DNA of 54,899 nucleotides from Verrucomicrobiota bacterium (lineage in GTDB: Bacteria > Verrucomicrobiota > Verrucomicrobiia > Limisphaerales > CANJSG01), in NCBI GenBank assembly GCA_038209745.1, contig JBBQXJ010000026.1:1-54899 (forward strand). Direction: 5' to 3'. Positions 36,201 through 45,283 of the stretch are shown piece by piece. A program made the position numbers and the translations under genes. The notes beneath the pieces are model-generated. The model did no database searches. It saw only the letters and a list, made by a program, of their open reading frames with translations, and had not been told where the DNA came from. How positions within the stretch are numbered: position 1 is the stretch's first letter; each line of letters opens with the position of its first letter.

Positions 36201-39073
36201 TCTACTTGGCCCAGGAGCCCGAGCATATCCGGGTGGGCGTCGTAGATCTTAAGGGTCGGATTGAACCCCGCGACGTAGAGGAGATGGTCGCGAAAGAGCA
36301 GTTGCGCAGAACCGTCCACCGCGAGCGTGCTCAAGACCTGCCCGGTCCGCGCGTCGAGGACGCTGATCATCGATCCGGTGCCGAGGTTCTTGGTGCCGAC
36401 GTAGATCCTGCCCGAGCCGGCCGCCAAGGTCTTCGCGTCCGGGACAAAGACCGTGTTGATGACTCTGGCGTTCGCGCCGTTGCCCAGATCCAACAAGCTG
36501 ACAAACTGCTGGTCCGACAGCATCGCCGCCGCGCTGTCGTCCGCCGCGACCGCGACCACGCTACCTCCGTCCGGGCTGGGAACTTGGCCCAATACCATGG
36601 GATGCAGCGGATCATGCACGTCGTAGAAGATCGCCCCGGCGTTCCCGGCGGCGGCCAACAAGAAATCCCCCGTGCCGGCGAGATCCCCCAGGGGGGAGGA
36701 GGAGGCGAGCGAGGCGACCGTGCCGGTGGCCGCTGGCCGGCCATCCAGCGGATCCGAGTCCACGGCCACTTCCACGCCGTCGGGGATGCCGTCCCCGTCG
36801 GAGTCGGCGAGATGCGGATCGGTGCCGACGATCCGTTCGACTAGATCCGGAAGTCCGTCGCCATCGGTATCCTTGAGGGAGATGCCGGTCTCGTCCACGG
36901 GCAGCACGCTGGGAATGGCGGTGAAAAGACCCGAGGCGGACGACACGAAGAAGCCGACGCCGCGCCGTTGATGCACCGGATCGTAGTAGCGCACGGCATA
37001 GTGTTCGTTCGGCGCGAGCACGAGGGGGTCGAAGCGCCCCTGCGAGTTGAGGCGTCCCCGCTGGACGAAGCCGGACTCCAGCGACTCGATCATGAACCAG
37101 TCGCCCGGCGAAGGCATGGGCACATAGGGGGTGGTGGCGTCCTGCTCGGTCGCGGTCAGTTGAATGGCCTGGTTGATGTGCGCGAGGAAGTCCGGGTCCA
37201 GGTCGGTCTGTTGACGGGGGGAGCGAGGTGTAGGGATCCAGGAATTTCCGGTGGCGTCCGCGCACGGGTCCGGGTTCGTGCTCCGGCATTGCAGGTAGTC
37301 CTGATAGAGCATGTCCACGATCTCCCCCATTTTCTTCGTGTTGGGGCTCGTGTTGCCCGTGCCGCCATTGGCGACATCGTGGTCCAGCCGGAACAACTCC
37401 AGATAGCCGATGCCCTCGGGATCGTATTGGGCGCAGGCGTCGCAGTAGTTGCCCGAGCCGCCGTTGGCGTGGCTGCCGTCCAGAGCCCAGAGGAACTGGG
37501 TGCGGGCGTGGGCGCACGGATCGGTCGCATCGCAATGGTGCTTGGGCTTGGGTTTAGGGTAAGTGTCCGGCCCGCATCCATAGGGACAGTCGGGACCCGT
37601 AGGCCCGCCGCCGCCCGATCCAGGATAGGGTAGATGCCAGCCCGGTTGGCGCACGCCGACGCCCGGATCGCTCACGATGAAGTTGTCGTCGGCCGTCACG
37701 GTCGCGGGGCCTTGGATCTCCCAGTGGCCGGTGTCGTGGTTGAAGCTCCACAGGGCGGACTTCGCGCCCGCGGGCAGTTTGATGCCCGTGATCGGGTCGG
37801 GCAGGTTCGGGAACTTGATCGGCACGGGCTGGTCGAAGTTCTGCGCGCCGTCCGTCTGGATGGTGATGACCAGAGGCGGGTGCAAGCCGGGCGGCAGCGG
37901 ACCGGGCAACCGGTCGGGCGGCACCGGCGCGATGCCCACCCGGCCGCCGCGAACGCCGCTCGCGCTGAACAGGGCGTTGGCCGGCACCTCGAGCTGCACG
38001 CCCGCCAGCGCGGGATTGGCCGCAAGGACGGATGCGGGGAAGGTGATGACGGTCATGGCCGTGGGGCTGACCGTTTGCAGCGAACCGACCGCGACCAACG
38101 GCAGGTAGATGGTGCCGGTGCCCCCGGCGAGATTGTTCGAGTAGCCGGCCTTCGCCTCCCATTGCTTGCCGACGAACGGATAGTAGGCGCCGTTGGGCCA
38201 GTGCGATTCCCCGGCCGTGCGACCATCGATGTGGACGAAGAAACTTCCCGACGGAGCGGGTGTCAGCATGAAGGAACCGGTCGCGTCCGTGACGACGCGC
38301 AACGTCTCCTCGGCCCCGTCCACCGTCACCGTCACGCCCGCCAGCGGATGGTCCGATCCGTCGCTGTTCGTGACGGACGCGAAGACATGGCCGATCACGG
38401 CGGTGTTGGGGAGGCCGGAGAGGCTGGCCGTCTGGAACGTGAGGGTTTCGACGCCGCCCGGTTGACCGTCGCCGTCGGCGTCCACCGCCTGGCCGGCGGC
38501 ATTGGCCACCGCGTCGCCGTCGAACGTGACCTGCACCTGCCCGCTGCCCGGGAGGTTCTCCAGGTAGAACAAGGTGGCGGTCTTGCGGTCGAGCGACAGC
38601 TCCGGTCGGGTCAAGATGCGGCGCCCGCCGAAAAGGGCGTAGAACGACGTGCCGCTCAAAACGGCGTCGGGCGCCAGCGGCTCGCTGAAACGCAGCACCG
38701 TTTCGCGGGTGACCGACACGCCGCTTTCCCCCGCTGAAGGCGACGTCTCGACGATGGTCGTCAGGACAACGCCGTTGCGGAGCCGGAAGAACCGGCTCGG
38801 GCCGCCCAGATCGAACTGGAGGCTGAACTGGATGGCATCGAGCTGCGGTTTGGCGGTGATCGGCTGCCACAACGGGGGCGCGGTGATGCCGTCGGTCGCG
38901 TCGAGCACGTAGCCGGTGGCGGTGTTCGTCCAGCTCAGCGTGATCTGGTTCGACGCCGTGGTCTGGATGGAAAGGCGGGGCGGAGTCGCGCTTTGGGCCG
39001 TGTCGATCGGCAGGGAAAAAAAGACACCCAGAAAGAAAACGAGAGAACCCAACCGCGAGAGTGATGCCTTCAT
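33254..39073 (-). CDS. 1939-aa secreted multidomain surface protein (Ig-like, Cys-rich insert, DxDxDG Ca-binding motifs, LVIVD-like propeller, beta-helix tail)
   Basis: Signal peptide; 'SPSAGESGVSVTRETVLRFSEPL', 'DTDGDGLPD..DSDGDGIPD', 'DVRNPSQPTLLG', 'SDDVQVRTVEFYIDG', 'GAWALGANWSGG', 'PGTGYDQIVV'. Confidence 0.85.
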   Translation of the reverse strand: MKASLSRLGSLVFFLGVFFSLPIDTAQSATPPRLSIQTTASNQITLSWTNTATGYVLDATDGITAPPLWQPITAKPQLDAIQFSLQFDLGGPSRFFRLRNGVVLTTIVETSPSAGESGVSVTRETVLRFSEPLAPDAVLSGTSFYALFGGRRILTRPELSLDRKTATLFYLENLPGSGQVQVTFDGDAVANAAGQAVDADGDGQPGGVETLTFQTASLSGLPNTAVIGHVFASVTNSDGSDHPLAGVTVTVDGAEETLRVVTDATGSFMLTPAPSGSFFVHIDGRTAGESHWPNGAYYPFVGKQWEAKAGYSNNLAGGTGTIYLPLVAVGSLQTVSPTAMTVITFPASVLAANPALAGVQLEVPANALFSASGVRGGRVGIAPVPPDRLPGPLPPGLHPPLVITIQTDGAQNFDQPVPIKFPNLPDPITGIKLPAGAKSALWSFNHDTGHWEIQGPATVTADDNFIVSDPGVGVRQPGWHLPYPGSGGGGPTGPDCPYGCGPDTYPKPKPKHHCDATDPCAHARTQFLWALDGSHANGGSGNYCDACAQYDPEGIGYLELFRLDHDVANGGTGNTSPNTKKMGEIVDMLYQDYLQCRSTNPDPCADATGNSWIPTPRSPRQQTDLDPDFLAHINQAIQLTATEQDATTPYVPMPSPGDWFMIESLESGFVQRGRLNSQGRFDPLVLAPNEHYAVRYYDPVHQRRGVGFFVSSASGLFTAIPSVLPVDETGISLKDTDGDGLPDLVERIVGTDPHLADSDGDGIPDGVEVAVDSDPLDGRPAATGTVASLASSSPLGDLAGTGDFLLAAAGNAGAIFYDVHDPLHPMVLGQVPSPDGGSVVAVAADDSAAAMLSDQQFVSLLDLGNGANARVINTVFVPDAKTLAAGSGRIYVGTKNLGTGSMISVLDARTGQVLSTLAVDGSAQLLFRDHLLYVAGFNPTLKIYDAHPDMLGLLGQVDTAASFGGQKWFVAQGYAYEGSDEGIYTVDVRNPSQPTLLGQPTTIPRIAAHNLAVNGSGLLASVQGSGMSLYNIQNLLATTNYLGTLPTPSPPAALVFQRGFAVLATFKGLVTVNYQPADTGTNPPVITLAYEPSIPTGRQDPFDLFATTQTSDDVQVRTVEFYIDGALAATSGTFPFETHLKAPDWSPTKTNFVLRAKATDTGGNVTWTGNQTVPIVLAPPVLLGITSSPRQPLGVGMPFQITARFQKPLTPGSVTPGSCQLISGGTPVPGGGISLTNGGNDVVLSYPNGVAVGQYTFVLGTGITSLSGGAPLPAAVSYAVTVTGFKLWLSDLNGAWALGANWSGGTVPGTNDFVVIDRAGANPVVQVTGEQHLRSLISNENLDFTNSGTLYLEDLAVLNGSVTVEPSASANFTGGSSILHGPLHVSSASLSLYNHVMELAPTATPHYLDGYSITPAGTPYLAPSELRTLAGSVLEIHAIDPNNLLVHINNVDQSGGVPLPPSHRSTFRNDGELRKTGPGLASIYSIQFQNNGTVNVQEGLLNFNILGQSLAFNGVCQIASAATLQVWGTPTSTVFGPAASVVGDGVVEVKGATVQSDYRFAGLTHITGTVNFTGPVHAAGPWRFDYGIATFSGLSTELTGPITLGNGSLIFNGPTEAVLSSPISVEPDFGGTWIRGTGRIRITSDLTLTNRLNLGSPDTAQIFVDGAMDIRTNITLAHVTINGPTTWHSGNVTSDSLIVSPTGSIDLVATNAIDIWGGGIFVNQGTISKTNAGATLLLTGYPQLVNEGLFIAGAGTISLESGAYQQTAGETRLAGGDLMVNNVRNSQFTFSGGHLTGAGLLGGKVLVTGSADVSPGSPMGTLVISNNAGPVTLGFTTTANQPPPQLNIDIAGPAPGTGYDQIVVAGTVNFLDATLNIHLLNGYLPNIGDTFQILRSTSWSNRKFTYITGAAFTAGRAFKVNYVSTGPNPGVVLEVIASP

Positions 39074-39237
39074 CGTTTTCGTCTATGCGCCTGCCCCGAT
39101 CCGTTGTCACGATCATCTTGGGAGGGGTGACGCTGCAAAAAAAGCGGGCCAATCGGGTCGGAGAGTCAGGGCGCTGGCTCCCGGCAAGCCGCTGCTGGAT
39201 CCGCTGCCGACGGGAGCCTTCTCCCTACCCTTGGTGC

Positions 39238-40701
39238 CTACTCTCGGACGCGATAGAAGCGCTGCATGGCGACCGGTGTCCGGTCCGTGACCAAGACGCC
39301 GCCACTGACGGCGGTGTTGGTCGACACGGGTTGCCAGATGGCAAAGTCCCCGGTGGCCTCCAAAATCTCCTTCGCACCCAGGTTTCCATGAACCCGGAGG
39401 ACCGGCATCCCGTGGGTGAATCCCTCCAGACGCACCTGTGGCAACCGGTCGTTGGGCAGCAGGAAATTGGAGGTGATGTAGGCGGCGACCTTCTTGCCGG
39501 TCTCCTGGCCGGCGCGGTTGTCGGATTGGAAATGGATGCCGCCGTAGATCCGGCTTCGACCCACTTCTTCCGCGCAGGCTCTGAGGCTGGTGAAACTCCG
39601 GGTCACGCCCGGCATCGAGTCGGACCATGCTGAAAACGAAACCGCGTCCGTGCCGAAGAAGGAGGAGAGGACTTCCGCGCTCGCCCGGCTGAACGTGCTG
39701 TGGCCGCTGGTGTAGGAAGGAAACGGCGGCGAAGCGAGATACTGGCCCCAAGCGGGATCAGCCGCAGTGTCCGCGTTGCCGTCTTCCTCGGCCCTTTGGA
39801 TCGCGGTGATCGGCCGCCAGAGGTTGTAACGGAACTTGGCCTCCCAACAAACGATGGCCGCATCCGCCTGGGCCACGCTGATCAGGGCGAACAACCGCGC
39901 CGTGTCCGCCAGAGCCAGTTGCCGATCCTGCGAAATCGCGGCGGCGATCTCGTGCCAATGTCCCGGGGGCATCGAGGTGTAGGAGAAGTCCGACCAGAAC
40001 ACGGCGATCTGGCTCTGTTCCGCCGTGCGGGTCGTGCTGTTCTTCGCGCCGAGCGCTTTCACTTCGTCGAAATCCTTCGCGTATTCGGGACTGCCCATCG
40101 AGGGCGGTGGGCCGGGCACGAAGGGCTCGATGTCTGGGAGGCAAAACGGCGTCACGTAGCGCCACTGTGGGGTGAGGGGCGGCAGGAAAAGAGGGGGAGT
40201 GCGGCGCCATTGCCCGGGGTCGCTGCTGGGCACATAGGGCACGTCGATCTGTGCGCCGTCGCCGCTGCGGGACTGGAGCGTCAGCAGCGCGATCTGCCGG
40301 CCGAGCGCCAGTCCGTTGGTGAGTTCGGTGGTCGCCAAAACTCCTCCAAGATAGGCCGCGTAAAGATCGTCGGCGCGGGCCTTGAGCGAGGGGTAGAGCG
40401 AAACCATCACTTCGTAGCCGGCCGAGACGGCCGCCGCTTCTGCTAAAGCGTCTCCTTGGGGAAGGACCTGGAAGCGGAACGGCTGATGCGTGCGTTCGAT
40501 CGAATTGATCGAGTCATAGATGGCGGTGTGGAGGATCGCGAGGTTTCGCGTGCTCAGGGTGGGACCGGTATCGTCCGCGCGAATGGCGTCGATCGCCATG
40601 GCGTTCCAGTCCAGCACGACGTTTGGTCGGGCGGTTTGCGGGGAAGCCAGAGCGACCCCCAAAAAGGCGACGGTGATCAAGAGGCGCAGCGGCTGGATCA
40701 C
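39238..40701 (-). CDS. Secreted vanadium-dependent haloperoxidase / PAP2-family protein
   Basis: 'KFRYNLWRP', 'PSYTSGHS', 'SRIYGGIHF'; GTG 40701 preceded by GAGGAG; C-terminal '...FYRV' domain. Confidence 0.85.
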   Translation of the reverse strand: MIQPLRLLITVAFLGVALASPQTARPNVVLDWNAMAIDAIRADDTGPTLSTRNLAILHTAIYDSINSIERTHQPFRFQVLPQGDALAEAAAVSAGYEVMVSLYPSLKARADDLYAAYLGGVLATTELTNGLALGRQIALLTLQSRSGDGAQIDVPYVPSSDPGQWRRTPPLFLPPLTPQWRYVTPFCLPDIEPFVPGPPPSMGSPEYAKDFDEVKALGAKNSTTRTAEQSQIAVFWSDFSYTSMPPGHWHEIAAAISQDRQLALADTARLFALISVAQADAAIVCWEAKFRYNLWRPITAIQRAEEDGNADTAADPAWGQYLASPPFPSYTSGHSTFSRASAEVLSSFFGTDAVSFSAWSDSMPGVTRSFTSLRACAEEVGRSRIYGGIHFQSDNRAGQETGKKVAAYITSNFLLPNDRLPQVRLEGFTHGMPVLRVHGNLGAKEILEATGDFAIWQPVSTNTAVSGGVLVTDRTPVAMQRFYRVRE

Positions 40702-40971
40702 AAAGACTCCTCGATGAGGTGCGAGTGGTGCCAGCAATGCGGCGCGGGGAGCCGCATTGTTTTCCGGGGGTCGACGCTCTTAGGCTGCGCACCGTGCTTC
40801 ACCTCGGAGCCAGTAGCACGCGCCGGTCGCCGAATGCAAGCCGCCGACGGAAGCCTGGCAGGATCTCGTCGAAGAAAAGTTCCGCCAGGTGAAGCGGAGG
40901 GTCACCGGCCCAGAGAGCGCCGTGGAGCGATTGCATGTCCGGGTGGAACCCGGCTTGGCGATGGAAACCGC

Positions 40972-42339
40972 TCACCGGACGCAGACCGTCTTGATGTTCA
41001 CGAATTCCTTGATGCCGTAGTGCGAGAGTTCGCGTCCGTAGCCGCTCTCCTTGATGCCGCCGAACGGCAGCCGTGGATCGGATTTGACGAAGTCGTTCAC
41101 CACGCAGCAGCCGGCGTGGAGCTCCTTGGTGGCGATGCGTTCGCCCCGGGCCCGGTCCTGGGTGAAGACGGCGGCGCCGAGACCGAAGACGGAATCGTTG
41201 GCCGCTTTGATCGCCTCTTTCTCATTCTTCACCGGGATGATCGAGGCGACGGGTCCGAACAGCTCTTCGTGATAGGCGACCATGCCCTTCTTCACTCCGG
41301 AAAGGACGGTGGGAGGGTAGAACGCGCCCGGTCCGGGCGGGATCTTTCCGCCGAGCAGACACCGCGCGCCTTTTGCGATGCTGGCCACGACCTGTCGATG
41401 CAGTTCGTCGCGCAGATCATGCCGGGCCTGCGGCCCCACCTCGGTGGCTTCGTCCATCGGGTCGCCCATTTTCGCGGCGCGCATCTGCTCGACGAACAGC
41501 CGCTCGAACTCCTCGGCGCGGGAGGCGACGACGATGAAGCGCTTGGCGGCGATGCAGCTTTGGCCGGCGTTGATCAGCCGGCTGGCGACACAGAGCTTCG
41601 CCGCGGTCTCCAGATCGGCGTCTTCCAGGATCAAGTAGGGATCGCTGCCGCCGAGTTCGAGCACCGACTTCTTCAGCAGCTTGCCCGCCTGTTGGCCGAT
41701 GGCGCGGCCGGCGCCGGTGCTGCCGGTGAGGGTCACGGCGCTGACAAGCTTGTGCTTCAAGACGGCCTTCGTCTGCGCGCTGCTGATGAGCAGCGACCGG
41801 AAAAGTCCGTCCGGAAAGCCTGCCTGTTGGAAGACCTCTTCGATGGCGAGCGCACAGCCCGGCACGTTGGAGGCGTGCTTCAGAAGACCGGCATTGCCGG
41901 CCATCAAGGCGGGAGCGGCGAACCGGAACACCTGCCAGAAGGGGAAGTTCCACGGCATGACCGCGAGCACGACGCCGATCGGTTCGAACGCGACGAAGTT
42001 GCGCGTGCCGTCGATGGGCACGTCTTCATGGCTGAGGAACGACTCGGCTTTCTCCGCGTAGAAGTCGCAGACCCTGGCGCACTTCTCGGCCTCGCCGCGA
42101 CCGGCCGCGACGGGTTTGCCCATTTCCTCGGCCATGATGCGGGCATGGCGGGGCGCGTTCTCGCGGAGCACCCGCCCTGCGGACTGCATCAAGGTGGCGC
42201 GCTTTTCGAACGGGACATTTTTCCAGGCCAGATGCGCATTGTGGGCCGCCACCACGGCCTTCCGGGCGTCGCTGTCTGCCATCTGCGGATACTCTCGGAC
42301 GGTCTCGCCGGTGGCTGGATTGATGGATTTCAGGGTCAT
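40972..42339 (-). CDS. NAD(P)-dependent aldehyde dehydrogenase, succinate-semialdehyde dehydrogenase (Sad-like)
   Basis: 'SINPATG', 'VMPWNFPFWQVFR', 'LELGGSD', 'NAGQSC', 'EELFGP', 'PFGGIKESGYGREL'. Confidence 0.92.
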   Translation of the reverse strand: MTLKSINPATGETVREYPQMADSDARKAVVAAHNAHLAWKNVPFEKRATLMQSAGRVLRENAPRHARIMAEEMGKPVAAGRGEAEKCARVCDFYAEKAESFLSHEDVPIDGTRNFVAFEPIGVVLAVMPWNFPFWQVFRFAAPALMAGNAGLLKHASNVPGCALAIEEVFQQAGFPDGLFRSLLISSAQTKAVLKHKLVSAVTLTGSTGAGRAIGQQAGKLLKKSVLELGGSDPYLILEDADLETAAKLCVASRLINAGQSCIAAKRFIVVASRAEEFERLFVEQMRAAKMGDPMDEATEVGPQARHDLRDELHRQVVASIAKGARCLLGGKIPPGPGAFYPPTVLSGVKKGMVAYHEELFGPVASIIPVKNEKEAIKAANDSVFGLGAAVFTQDRARGERIATKELHAGCCVVNDFVKSDPRLPFGGIKESGYGRELSHYGIKEFVNIKTVCVR

Positions 42340-42726
42340 AGGAAAAGTTGTGTTTCGCAGTCGACGCGGAGGCATCGGGCGAAGGTTTTCCTGCGTGATG
42401 CCCAACAACAAGGATGTCCGATCTGGTGCGGAACCTAGCCCATTCGAGCGTTTCCAACCAAGCCCAAAACCTGCGTGCAGGTCCGTCCGAACGCGGGGGA
42501 CATCGTCGTTCCGAGCGGCTGCGGTCGAGGGGTGGGAGGACCGATCAACGCCTCCGAACCGAGCGAAGCCGGCAAGCTTGAAGGAACAGGGAACCCAATG
42601 CCGAAGCGAAACGCCCGGACGACATCAGACCTGATGGGATGACCCGCGAGCGTGACACGAAGATCGGTTCTCCGGAGCTTGCGCTTTGAATGTGCCGGGC
42701 AAGGATTCCATCCAAACCGCCATACA

Positions 42727-43299
42727 ATGATAGACCCGAGAAGAGTCTCCGCCTTTGACCGCCCCGGCCGTTCGTCGGACTTCCTCCGGACGAAGATTCT
42801 TACGTTGTTCAGCGGGCTTCTCCTGCTTGGATCCGGATCGTTGTTGGGCGCCGAATCTCGACGCACGACCGTTTCGATCCGTGGTGACCAGTTCTTTATC
42901 ACCGGCCGGCCCACGTTTGCCGGTCGCGAGTGTCAGGGACACAAAGACGTGGGCTTGCTGGTTAACGCCCGGAAGGTCGAGTTGATCCGCTCGATCCGCC
43001 GCACCGAGGCCTATGCGCCGAAGCCGATCATCAACCACGAAGGCGACCAGGCCTGGCGCGACGTCCATCAGGGCTGGGGCAGGACCGGTCATAATTTTGT
43101 CGCCTGCGTGGCCAACGGCGTGTCGTGGGGATGCTTCGACTATCGTGAGCGCGGCGAAGGATTCGACGAAGGCTTCCAGAGCGTGCCGGTGAACTGGCGG
43201 CTCAGTTCGGACCGTAAGCGTGGTTTCTTGGGCCTTTTGGCCGAGACCACGGGAAGCCCGGCCGCCCGGTTCAAAGCCGCCGATATCAAGCACCCATGA
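42727..43299 (+). CDS. Hypothetical secreted protein, possibly internally deleted
   Basis: Hydrophobic leader, 'TVSIRGDQFFITGRPTF' joined to 'SWGCFDYR..GEGFDEGFQSVPVNW'; stop overlaps next ATG. Confidence 0.55.
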   Translation: MIDPRRVSAFDRPGRSSDFLRTKILTLFSGLLLLGSGSLLGAESRRTTVSIRGDQFFITGRPTFAGRECQGHKDVGLLVNARKVELIRSIRRTEAYAPKPIINHEGDQAWRDVHQGWGRTGHNFVACVANGVSWGCFDYRERGEGFDEGFQSVPVNWRLSSDRKRGFLGLLAETTGSPAARFKAADIKHP

Positions 43300-44297
43300 T
43301 AAAACCTTTCCGCAGGATGATGTATAACCAGTTCGCTCCGGTGGTCTTTGCGCTGGTGCTTCTTGCTCCTAGACTGTTCGCGGGCGAGCCGGTCCAGCGG
43401 ACGATGCGGGTCTACTACATCGGCAACAGCGTCACCGATACGATCCGCTACGGCCAGTTGGCGGAGCTCGCGGAGACGCGGAGCGTCAAGCTCGTCTGGG
43501 GCCGCCACATGATTCCCGGCGCTCCGTTGGAATGGCTCTATACCCATCCCGACGACGGCTTCCGCGAGGCGCCTTTCGGGGGTTGGAAGACGGCGCTCGG
43601 CGAGTTCGCATGGGATGCGGTGTCGTTGCAGCCGTTCGACCGGCACCTGCACGGGACGAACGAGGCCGGCGAAGACCTGGGGGATGTGGCGATCATCACC
43701 CGGTTGGCGCGGATGGCGGCCGCGAAGAATCGCGACGTGCAGGTCTATGTCTACGCCCGTTGGCCGCGCGTCACGATTGGCGGCAGGGGTGTGCCGTTCG
43801 ACAAGAATGACTACGATCCGGCGAGGCCCGGCAGCGGCAACGACCTTTCCAAGATCGACGACTTCACCGCGCGGTGGGAGACGAAGTACACGGGCGGCTG
43901 GGACAACTCGAACGAGACCCGCGACTACTTCGACACGCTGCTGAGCGAGGTGCGGCGGGCGACACCCGAGCTGAAGAACCCGGTGCTTCTCGTCCCGGTC
44001 GGCCACGTGCTGGCCGACCTGAACGCCCAGATGAAAGCCGGGAAGATCCCCGGATGGACGAGCGTGCACCAGTTCTTCCGGGACGGCATCCACCTGAACG
44101 AACCGGGCAGCTACGCGGTCGCATGCACCTACTTCGCGACTCTCTTGAAAAAATCGCCCGTGGATCTGCCCACGGCTTCCTACGGAACGATCGCACCTGA
44201 TCTGGCCCGCACGATCCAACAGACGGCTTGGCGGGTGGTCCGTTCGCGGTCGGATTCGGGCGTAGCCGCAGATCGACCACCACAAGCCTCGCCATGA
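43296..44297 (+). CDS. Secreted SGNH/GDSL-like hydrolase
   Basis: 'YYIGNSVT' (block I) and 'RDGIHLN' (DxxH); signal peptide; alternative start 43317. Confidence 0.7.
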   Translation: MIKPFRRMMYNQFAPVVFALVLLAPRLFAGEPVQRTMRVYYIGNSVTDTIRYGQLAELAETRSVKLVWGRHMIPGAPLEWLYTHPDDGFREAPFGGWKTALGEFAWDAVSLQPFDRHLHGTNEAGEDLGDVAIITRLARMAAAKNRDVQVYVYARWPRVTIGGRGVPFDKNDYDPARPGSGNDLSKIDDFTARWETKYTGGWDNSNETRDYFDTLLSEVRRATPELKNPVLLVPVGHVLADLNAQMKAGKIPGWTSVHQFFRDGIHLNEPGSYAVACTYFATLLKKSPVDLPTASYGTIAPDLARTIQQTAWRVVRSRSDSGVAADRPPQASP

Positions 44298-45283
44298 AAC
44301 CTCGTTCCATCCTTTCTGCCTGCTTCGGTCTCCTCCTCGCGTTCCCGGCGGCGGCCGTCGTCCCCGAGCACACCGTCGTGAACGGCGCGGTCCGACTGGG
44401 CGGCGTGGGTCCGGACAATCCGATCCTGTACGACAACGACTGGTGGTTCGATGTCTTCGACAACAACTACCTCTGGGCGCAGGCCAGCCTCGGCACGGCG
44501 AAGCTCCGGGGAAACATCGTCTCCCGGGACATGTGGGACTGGGAGAAGGGCTTCCTCTACAAGATGGAGGATTGCCTGAAGGACGGGGAGAAGGCGATCG
44601 CCTTGGCGCGTCGTGTCGGCTTGAAGAACATCCCGGATTTGACGCGCGGTTCCGACCGCGTGCTCCAGCGGCCCGCCAGCGGGCGGATCGAGGACACCCG
44701 GGCCCAACCCACCGACGGCAGTCGGCTGATCGTGGCCGAGGCCAAGAAGGCCTCGGCGGAGAAGCCGCTGCTGATCATCTCCGGCGGGCCGCTGTCCACC
44801 GTGGCGAACGCCCTCCTGACCAATCCGGAGATCGCGCCCAATCTCGTGGTTTTCAGCCTGACGGTGGCCGGCGGCTACAACGGGAACGACGCTTGGAGCC
44901 CCTATATCGTCGCGAAGAAGACGCGGCTCGTCGACTGGGCCACGGGAACGTTCTGGGACAAGAATTCCGTCTTCACGGCGAAGGACTTCGAGGTGCTGCC
45001 AAAGAATCCTTTCTGCGACGACATGCGCCGTCTCATCGCGTCGGATCTCGGCCAGGCGAACCAACTGGGCGACGGCGCGGCGCTGGTCTGGCTATGGCGG
45101 AACGACTGCTGGACCGGGGTGAAACGGCGGCGGGCGGAATGGAACGGCCATTCCGTCCAGTTCGTCGAAGCGAAGCCCGACGAGGCGGCCGACCTGTTGG
45201 ACATCCCCAAGGCGTCGACCCATCTCCGGGCTTGCCGCGACGAGTTTTTCCGCGTGCTGACCCAGCCGACGCTTTTCCCATGA
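44294..45283 (+). CDS. Secreted nucleoside-hydrolase-fold protein
   Basis: Signal peptide; 'ILYDNDW', 'LLIISGGPLSTVANALLTNPEI', 'YNGND'; ATGA overlap. Confidence 0.65.
   Translation: MKPRSILSACFGLLLAFPAAAVVPEHTVVNGAVRLGGVGPDNPILYDNDWWFDVFDNNYLWAQASLGTAKLRGNIVSRDMWDWEKGFLYKMEDCLKDGEKAIALARRVGLKNIPDLTRGSDRVLQRPASGRIEDTRAQPTDGSRLIVAEAKKASAEKPLLIISGGPLSTVANALLTNPEIAPNLVVFSLTVAGGYNGNDAWSPYIVAKKTRLVDWATGTFWDKNSVFTAKDFEVLPKNPFCDDMRRLIASDLGQANQLGDGAALVWLWRNDCWTGVKRRRAEWNGHSVQFVEAKPDEAADLLDIPKASTHLRACRDEFFRVLTQPTLFP

Noticed and set aside
44443..45279. N-terminal extension of the 857-aa ORF
   Set aside because: Overlaps the 44294-45283 gene; the signal peptide and ATGA overlap place the start at 45280.
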